Source: Paraspadella gotoi (Eukaryota > Animalia > Chaetognatha). From it: DNA of 64,000 nucleotides. Numbering within the stretch: the stretch's first letter is position 1; each line of letters begins with the position of its first letter. Of the stretch, positions 51,780 to 60,019 are shown in pieces. The notes under the pieces were generated by a model. The model saw only the letters and a list, made by a program, of their open reading frames with translations, had not been told where the DNA came from and made no database searches. Both the position numbers and the translations under genes were made by a program. The stretch is taken from positions 7,131,632 to 7,195,631 of the forward strand of contig CM119271.1 in assembly GCA_051294375.1 (NCBI GenBank), in the 5' to 3' direction.

Positions 51780-52186
51780 GTATAATTCGATATTAATATG
51801 TTTCTCATAATTTTTTCCTCTTGTCTAGTAATATATAAAATATAAAAAAAATTACAATAAAACTATATTAAAAAAATTGATGCATTTCGTTTCATTCAAG
51901 TTGTACAATACATAAACCTAAGTAAAAATTTAAAAGGTCATTTAACAGGGAAAAAATATTTAGGTACTGGTAAGGGCAAAGGATTTTAAATTTAGTTAAT
52001 AATAGATACTAACATTTAAAATTATCCTTACCCGACAGTATTTTTAGTAATTGATTAATGAGATAACTTTGTAACTTTGTCACAAGGCAAAACCCTTTGT
52101 TTTAGTTTATTAAAATCTCTACAGGAGTCTCTAGCAGAACGAATCTAAAAACGTTGGTAATTTTAATTTTTCTGTTGTCATAAAAA

Positions 52187-52389
52187 ATGAAGGGAATAGT
52201 GGTGCTTGTGGCTATAATCCTCAACTTCATAAAAGTAGTGAGTAGTGACAACCACGTCAGTATAGTTGGCTCGTCTTTCACTGTCAAATGCTTCTCTTCT
52301 TATTCTCCTATTTGGAATTTGATTCAAAAGTCCATTTCTAAAAATCTTGCTGTGGGTGAAAGGAAACATAACAGCTTCACGAATTCAAG
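52187..52389 (+). CDS. Variable first exon V32
   Basis: MKGIVVLVAIILNFIKVVSS...FTVKCFSSYSPIWNLIQKSISKNLAVGERKHNSFTNSR; AG|GTAGAG; GTCTCTA at 52127. Confidence 0.88.
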
Positions 52390-52625
52390 GTAGAGAGTAA
52401 TTCACGATTCATAATTTTAAAACCACGGAAAAATTTTTTTTATATCTGAAAAATGTAATAATTGATAAATGCTTTAGTAATAAGCGTACTTTAACATTTT
52501 TATAAAATCTTTATGCTCCTCTTGTATCTTTTATCTCTCATGATTTTTCTTTTGTTCCCCGAGATGACCGAGAATGTCTCTAGCAGTCTTGTTCCTATAT
52601 TCATCAAAGCACACAGGAAGTCAAT

Positions 52626-52835
52626 ATGAAAGTCTTTTATGTATTACGGTTATTTCTTTCATACCGGTAGTATTAACCAAAAAATTAGCAATTTCGTTTC
52701 GATTGAGGGAGAATCTCTCAAAATACAATGTCATACGAAAAACGCACCCATATGGACGCGTCTCGGCACGACAATAGGCGATATCAAAAATTTAGCCACA
52801 GGCGTAAAAAAACATGTTCGATTCCTGGAAGCGAG
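52626..52835 (+). pseudogene. Variable exon V33, most proximal (homopolymer frameshifts in the signal-peptide part as assembled)
   Basis: MKVF(L)CITVISFIPVVLT...LKIQCHTKNAPIWTRLGTTIGDIKNLATGVKKHVRFLEAR; AG|GTATCG; GTCTCTA at 52576. The inverted copy has a longer T-run that restores MKVFLCIT. Confidence 0.78.
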
Positions 52836-53093
52836 GTATCGATATTGATTAAATAAAAAGAATTGGTGCCTAAAATTTTCTATTTTTTTATAACTTATCT
52901 CTTAATCTAAGTTTTTTTATGTATTAATTTTTCTATTTACTAATTTTCCGTTTTCTTTTCCCTCCTTTCCAATTTTCTTTTCTTCTTTCCATCTCTATCT
53001 CTTTTCTGTCGATCTCACTTTCAATTCATCCTTCNNNNNNNNNNNNNNNNNNNNNNNNNTTCTTTTCTGCATTGCAAAGACATAATGATTTAC

Positions 53094-53174
53094 CGATGGC
53101 GGTTTGCATTGCCGGCAACCCGAGGACGGTCAGCAAAAACTGATGAGATGTTTCGCCATCACACACGAACCGTC
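53094..53174 (-). CDS. Constant exon 2: Ig V strands F-G (in the mis-oriented segment)
   Basis: Minus strand: branch-like GCTAAC, acceptor acacag|, then (G)RFVCDGETSHQFLLTVLGLP..., donor |GTAAAT. Supplies the second Ig cysteine; a 1-bp correction is needed for the phase-0 join to 54563. Confidence 0.8.
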
Positions 53175-53257
53175 CTGTGTGTAGAATTCGTAATAAGAAA
53201 GCCAGTTAGCAACAGGCGACCAGCGTTGTTGTTATTTCGATCGTGAAAACATTTCAC

Positions 53258-53324
53258 CTGCATCGAACTTTTGACATCTTTGATGGTCAGAGAGTAAACG
53301 TTGCCCCTCCTGGTGAACGTGTAC
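53258..53324 (-). CDS. Constant exon 1: Ig V strands D-E, phase-2 acceptor for the variable exons (in the mis-oriented segment)
   Basis: Minus strand: pyrimidine tract, cgtag|G TAC ACG TTC... = (R)YTFTRRGNVYSLTIKDVK..DA(G), donor |GTGAAA. The leading G completes the split Arg codon; one base appears to be missing before DAG. Confidence 0.8.
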
Positions 53325-53479
53325 CTACGAAGTGAGGGAATTCGAAGGGAGGGAAGGAAGCAAAGTCGGAAAACGAATTGAAAGAGGGAACGAAAGAAGG
53401 ACAGAGAAGGAAGAGAGAAAGAAAATTGGACGGGAGAGAAAAGAAAACGGAAATTTTTTTGTTGTTATTGGTTGACCGT

Positions 53480-54459
53480 TGATTATCGATACCTCGGTTC
53501 CTGGAATCGAACATGTCTTTTTACGCCTGTCGCTAGTTTTTGACATCGCCTATTGTTGTACCCAGACGGCAGCCATATTGGTGCGTTTTTTGTGGGCATT
53601 GTATTTTGAGAGATTCTTCCCTCAATCGAAACGAAATTGCTAATTTTTTGGTTAATACTACCGGTATGAAAGAAATACCGTAATACATAAAAAGACTTTC
53701 ATATTGACTTCCTGTGTGCTTTGAGAATTAGAATAGACAAGACTGCTAGAGACATTCTCGGTCATCTCGGGGAACAAAAAAGAAAAATCTGAGAGATAAA
53801 AGATAAAGAGGAGCATAAGATTTTATAAAAATGTTAAAGTACGCTTATTACTAAAGCATTTATCAAATTATTACATTTTTCAGATATAAAAAAAATTTTT
53901 CGTGGTTTTAAAATTATGAATCTGAGATTACTCTCTACCTTGAATTCGTGAAGCTGTTATGTTTCCTTTCACCACAGCAAGATTTTTAGAAATGGACTTT
54001 TGAATCAAATTCCAAATAGGAGAATAAGAGAGAAGATTGACGTGAAAGACGAGCCAACTATACTGACGTGGTTGTCACTACTCCACTACTTTTATGAAGT
54101 TGAGTATTATAGCCACAAGCACACTATTCCTTCATTTTTTATGACAACAGAAAAATTAAAATTACCAACGTTTTTAGATTCGTTCTGTAGAGACCCCTGT
54201 AGAGATTCTAATAACTAAAACAAAGGGTTTTGCCTTTGTGACAAAGTTACAAAGTTATCTCATTAATCAATTACTAAAATACTGTCGCGGTAGGATAATT
54301 TTAAATGTTAGTATCATTATTAACTAAATTTAAAATCCTTTGCCCTTACCAGTACCTAAATATTTTTTCCCTGTTAAATGCCTTTTAAATTTTTACTTAG
54401 GTTTATGTATTGTACAACTTGAATGAAACGAAATGCATCAATTTTTTAATATAGTTTTA
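53480..54459 (-). repeat. Inverted, indel-rich duplicate of ~51858-52850 (V32 and V33)
   Basis: Reverse complement of the V32-V33 region; part of the 53060-54459 block adjacent to an N-gap. Confidence 0.88.
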
Positions 54460-54562
54460 AGGTTTTGCCGTGAGGTCAAAGAGAATTTCAGAAAGATATG
54501 CAGTAATTTGTTTGATGAATCATTAATAAAATAAATTAAAATTTAAAAAAAATCATTGCCAG

Positions 54563-57500
54563 GTGTCGTCGCCGATGTCACTGGAGGAAGACGGGCAACG
54601 CCGCTTCGAATGCAGCGCCAACATCACCGATCTCACCGAAGACGGATCCGGGGAGATCGTCTGGAGACTCGGCGAAGACGTTCTGCAGTCATCCACGCAG
54701 GTGACGGAACTGACTCCGGGACTTATATCGACTTTTTATTTGAATTTGCAATCAATTTCCTTTCACAATCTAAATATTTTTTTAAACTGCGCTCATTTGT
54801 ACATAGCTACTCTAAAATAAACTATAAAAATATTTTAAACAGGAAATTACTGATGGAAATTTTATTTTTCGTCTTCTACAAAAATAATAATTTTGTCTTA
54901 CAGATGCTACAGTCTTCAATGACATCGGATTATGCATACTCGGCTAAGCACGCAGATCAAGTTAGTTTTTCTTTCTTTCAATCAATCAATCAATCATTAA
55001 CTCTCATTCGGCCCAGGGATCAATCAATCAAATTTTATTTTGAACGTTCCAAACGGTAAAGGTTTACTCTTTCTTTTCCTCACGCACCAATCAATCAATC
55101 AATCAATCAATCAATATTTTATTCTCATCGCGCCCAGGGAAAGGAACTAACGTGCTCCGTTAAGCACAAATACCTGAAGGAAGATGCCAAAATCCCGAGC
55201 TGCTCTTTCGGGACATTCGACGTCAAGTTTGAGCCAAAGTTTCTCTGCGAAGATGAAGGTCAGTCGGGATTGAGGACGGGTTCGAAAAATAAATAAATAA
55301 ACATAAGTCGCGAATGGAAACATGATAAATGTTTTAATTCATATGAATAATAATTATTATAACCAATGTATGGTTTCTGACATCAGTATACATCCTGGGA
55401 CGATCTGGTGACGCCAGTTGCATCGTCGAGGCGAATCCGATGCCAACTCAAAGTTCTTTTTACTGGAAGGTGAAGATGAAATTGTCATAACGTTAAACGT
55501 TATTCAGATTATTATTATCTGGTGATAAAATTGACTTAATATTGTTCTTAAACTTTCAGATTGGAAAGGAAACAAAAGACGCGGTGGTAACCCGAATCAA
55601 TCAACTCAAATACAAGGTAATTAAAGCAAATATTAAGAATTTTACACCACTTTACTTTTAAAAGGTTAAACATTACAAACATTTTAATCCTACATTATGA
55701 AAATTCAGGCGTCCATCCATATGACCCGCGAGCACGAGGACCACATAACTGCCGTGCTCAGTGTCAGAAAACCAGACTCGTCGAAGGTATTTCAGCATTA
55801 TTATTTTCAAAGATTTTAAAGGTGATGATACTGATACTGATGATACTACTTTTCCGTTTCCCATAGATTCTTCCGAAAAACATCAACGTCGTTTTCGTCC
55901 ACGGACCGGACATAGCTTGTCCCGGGAGGGTAAGGGAATAATTGATTTTTTTTTATTCTCAAATAAATATAACAAATATAACAAATATAACAAATATATT
56001 GGTTGTACCAATTTCATAAAATTCAGCTCCTTGTATTTTGATGCTAGTGCGGAGTACAATAAGTATTCCCCGATCTAATACTTAAGGGAGTGGTCTTTTC
56101 ATACAATTGAAACATTCTTTGAAATATTTTCCACTTCATTGATAGGGAAGCCAGGTACTCTGGGAGTGAATAAACGAGACTGTGAGAGAGTCTTGATTGA
56201 AAGCTTGCAGGGACCTGCTATGTCATTATCTTGTAAGAGTGATGGAGGCCTTAAACCACCAAAGCCTGTCCAAAGTCAGGGGCAAGATAGCTTATTTATT
56301 AAATGAATGGATAATTTTTATATTGGTTGTACCAATTTCATAAATTATAATTTATCTAAGTTTTATAATTTAATAGAGTTGAAACGGGTCGATGAGTACT
56401 GCCTAATAGTGCCTATAGTGACTTTAAAATATTTTAAATTGTTTTGTCAATACTTGATTTTTAAAAAAGCGCTGTCTCAAAATTGATATTTAACTGCCAG
56501 CTTCCGGTGGCCATGTCCAAAGACGGAAAGGCCAAAGTAAATTGCGACGTTTACGTCAGCCCTCCGCCGCCGACGATGAACATTTCCTGGTGAGTCAAGT
56601 TAACCTATCATTGTTTTTTTTTTATAATAAGGATAATTAATAATATTAACTAATCCTTTCGTGGGCCTTAGGCACATCGAGGGAACCATCGTCGAAAGAC
56701 AAAGGAAAGAACTCATGTCGGAAATGTCGGGTGAGTAATGAGTTTTAACAAATGATTATTGGTTTTTTTTGTCCTGCTATTAATACGTTTATTGATTGGT
56801 TGACTGATTGATCGCTCGCTGATTTTCAATCAGGCGGAATCAAAGTCTCGTTCGAATTCGATCCTGAAAAGTACGAACTCTACGAACCCATCAACGTAAT
56901 GCTCAAGGTTAGTGATAGAATCGAGACCGATAGTTCTGACAAATGCGACAAATGTCACAACCTGAGCCTCGAGACGAAAAAAAAAAAAGCGACACCGTTG
57001 CGTCGTGTGACAAAATTGTCCTTTCGGGAAACATACGTAACTTGTTCGTAATCCCGACGAAGTAAAAAGTAATAATTATAGTCGCCGGAATAGAAAAAAA
57101 AAAAAAAAATTTCAAACGATATCACGGTATCGCGTTCATAATTACTAAAATATAAATAAAAATAAATTAACTGAATAAAATTAATAAATATTTATTAAAA
57201 ACCAAATGTTTGTTTGTTTTTTGTTTTCAACTCGTACACTCGTAGGTGAAAGGATATCAAGACGTGGGAACTAAAACGATCGAAGTCACGGTTCGAGATC
57301 GAGAAGTCAACGACGACGACGACAGACGGAGACGCAGAAGAAATTCTCTGGAGTCGGTGAGGGAGGGGGGGGAAGCTAGGGGGGGTGAAGGCAAAAGCAG
57401 AAAACGGGGAAGGGGGGGGGAGGAAGGTTAAACGGGGAGAATCTGAGAAGCAAGAAACGACGAAGGAAGTCGTAAAGAAAAGATATTCCTCTGACACCCA

Positions 57501-58652
57501 AACATTTTCAAACTGTGAAAAAATAAGAGGAAATAAGGAAAAGATAGACAAGATAACATAAAAAAGAAATTTAAGAAGTGAATCTAAAAAAAAAATGAAA
57601 AGAAGAAAATACTTTGTTCTGCGAAAGAAAAACTAGGGAAAATAAGAAAATTAAAAAAAAGAAAAAAAAAAGAAGTTCCTCATCAAATCTTGGCTCCTCT
57701 TTCGCCATCCAGACACTCAAGTCATCGCCATCATGCTCGGCTGCGCGTTTTTCCTGACGATCTGCTTCCTTCTTGCCGTCGGCTGCGTCGCTTTCGTCAA
57801 GACGCGGCGGAACAACAACATGAGGCGGGACTACGCCGCCGACGTGGTGAGAGAAAATGTCGATTTTGAAACATGGTGGGAATATTAAAATTAAATATTT
57901 TAAAGGTAAATGTAATCCTTAATTTTGCCCAGGGAACCGTGATGTCGAAGGGCAGCGACGTGGAAGTCCTTGACGATTTCACTTTTCTCCGCGGCACACA
58001 AAAGGGCATCGCCCCCAACCCGGTCGCTCAGAGCGGCACCATGACTTTGCGACTCATGAACAATCTGAAGAAAGCCAGCAGGTAAAGTCTAATCGTTTAC
58101 TTATTGATATTTCGTAGAGTTTATTCCGAGAGTATCGATTTAAAATTTTAACATAAACAGAAACGAGGACTGGACGATGGGTTTCGCCAAAATGGCCAAC
58201 GCCCTCTACTTGAAGGACGAAGATCAAGATGGTTATTTGACAGGTGCCCGTCTTTTGTTTTATTTAAATATAAATAGTAATAGAATTTTAAAAATTTTAA
58301 AATTACCCAATTGGCGATTTCGAGTTTGATAACAGGATATCATAGTTTTCATTTTCTTGTCATCTCGTTTACAGTGGGCGAGGCGCGTCCTGTCATCATG
58401 TCCTACAGTGAAATCTACGATTTGGGTTTTAACGAAGCTAAGATCGACGAGAGCCTCACTCAGGTCAGGATTTGCTTACACAAGTTGTTGTCATGTTAAG
58501 TCAGCCACTTTGTTGATTATCATTATGCTTATTATTTTTTTATAATTTTTATTTTATTTTAATTTTAATATTTTTTTTAAAAATCCCTTCAGTGCTCCAA
58601 CGGTCACCACGTTGACGTTGAAACATTCTTGCATCTTCTCTCCATGTCGTAA
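54563..58652 (+). CDS. Constant region exons 3-18 of the clustered Ig receptor: three Ig-like domains, TM helix, cytoplasmic tail with EF-hand
   Basis: GT-AG exons 54563-54700, 54904-54960, 55138-55258, 55387-55469, 55560-55616, 55709-55786, 55867-55929, 56501-56589, 56672-56730, 56834-56907, 57246-57356 (one indel needed), 57713-57846, 57933-58081, 58161-58243, 58375-58463 and 58593-58652 (TAA). Ig motifs RFECSAN..IVWR..DQGKELTCSVKH, ASCIVEANPMP..FYWK and VNCDVYVSPPP..ISWH; TM VIAIMLGCAFFLTICFLLAVGCVAFV followed by KTRR; loop DEDQDGYLTVGE. Confidence 0.88.
55997..56343 (+). repeat. Intronic dispersed repeat bounded by a ~23-bp direct repeat (tattggttgtaccaatttcataa); same family as 9892-10154
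   Basis: Direct repeat at both ends; the body is the reverse complement of the espin-intron copy. Confidence 0.8.
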
Positions 58653-59820
58653 ACGGTTTTAATCCCACTCACAAAAAAATATATGTTAGAATTAATGTCG
58701 AAAAGCGACCTGCATGATACGTCTATGTAAACGAATACAGTCATACTGAATCTCAATTTAAATCACTACGTACGCAATAACTACCGAGTTGGTATGCAAA
58801 TGAGATTTATTACCTTATGAGCCATGACTTTAAACCACTCCAGCCAAACCATAAGAAGTATTTTATGTCCACCTACACTAATAATCTCTCACGAATTCGG
58901 TTTTTTAATTTATTCCTTTTAATTCCATTGATTTTTTTATTGATATAGAATAGTGACCTTTTAATTTTGTTGTTCTACTTTTGCTCTTAGTATTGCATAG
59001 GTTTTTGTGATGTTCTTGCTATTTATTTAAAAAGTTCCATGTTGATTGTTGAAGGTGCTATAAAATATTAATCTAGTCAATTTGTATCTTGCATAGTAAT
59101 CAAAAACACCCTAATAATTATAATAGATTTCGCTGTAATTTGTATTTGCATTACCTAAAGATAAACGATAAATTTGTGATCTGATATTTTAAAAAAAATT
59201 GTAGAGTGTGTAAATTGACTTTTTTCTCATAAAACTATTAAAAGAACTGATTTACTGGTCTAATGAACTTTTATTAATATTTTTTTTTATTTTGTGTACT
59301 TTGTCATTATTAAAAATCAATTTTTTTATTCATATCAAAATGTGTTGTACTCTTAAAATTCAATTTGCTAAATGTAAAATATCTACAATTTTATAGGTTA
59401 CCGTTATATTTAGTGTGATAAAAATCGTAAAGAAGACCACTGTATTTTACAATAGTAATCAGTCGTTTTTTAAACACCTTTATCATAGTAATTCAAAATT
59501 TTGTTTCAACGCCTAAGTCATAGTTTGGTGTTTACTTTTGTTGCTATAATCATAAGCGCTTTTTAATATACCGTCTTGAATATAATTTGAATAAAATTTT
59601 GATTTTATTTCAGAGAATGAACGAAAAAGAATTTTATGATTATTCGTAGGTGCGTCACAAATCAGAAAGCGGTAATTCTTATTGCTTACAATTTTCAGCT
59701 AAGCAGATGAATATAGGGTGATTACACCACACTAATGATTGATACAGTTTTAACATTCCACCCGAATCTACATATTTTTATTTACAATAATTTATGAAAA
59801 CAAAAGTGCGGATACGCGTA

Positions 59821-59990
59821 TAGCTTGGTGAAACTCAGCTCGTCCCGTGAGTTTCAGGTTCAACCCCCTCACGGTCACGCTGGTTAAAGTGTGAGGGGGT
59901 CGGCATAAACACGCCAGTGATCACTGAAGGTGCAAAGCCCTGATGCCTCACACCCCGGGCATCACTCATGTCTCGAAATTATGCTATAGG
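59821..59990 (+). mobile_element. Degenerate tRNA-headed SINE-like element with a decayed twister fold
   Basis: A-box-like TAGCTTGGTG and B-box GGTTCAACCCC; 59886-59941 reads AAA-GTGT-GA-GGG...TAA-ACAC-GC-CAGTG/CACTG-AGG-TGCAAAGC-CCT. P2 is perfect, T1 is mismatched. Confidence 0.5.
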
Positions 59991-60019
59991 TTCGAGTTTT
60001 ACAGTAAAATTTAGCCACT

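Noticed and set aside
16779-52582. GTCTCTAG motif as a cis- or trans-splice acceptor (mutually exclusive internal exons)
   Set aside because: The AG is not conserved (CTCTAC, CTCTAT, CTCTGG and CTCTTG variants occur) and each exon has its own ATG and signal peptide.
16842-52835. The small ORFs as an independent family of secreted peptides
   Set aside because: They end at the same phase-2 donor, carry only the first Ig cysteine, and a matching phase-2 acceptor exon with the remaining strands exists downstream.
16842-53324. V(D)J-type somatic recombination
   Set aside because: I saw no CACAGTG/ACAAAAACC signals after the V exons; they end in splice donors instead.
55000-55020. Second acceptor ctcattcggcccag as an alternative exon start
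   Set aside because: A local duplication of the intron end; it leads into TCAA repeats and a stop with no Ig motif.
57320-57356. DDDDRRRRRR as a furin or shedding site before the TM helix
   Set aside because: That frame ends in phase 0 but the TM exon needs phase 1. The alternative frame (QTETQKKFSGV|D) fits, implying an indel around the GAC repeat.
58230-58420. ITAM/ITIM reading of YLTV...MSYSEI
   Set aside because: Both deviate from consensus and the first Tyr sits inside a better-matching EF-hand loop; not excluded, but unsupported.
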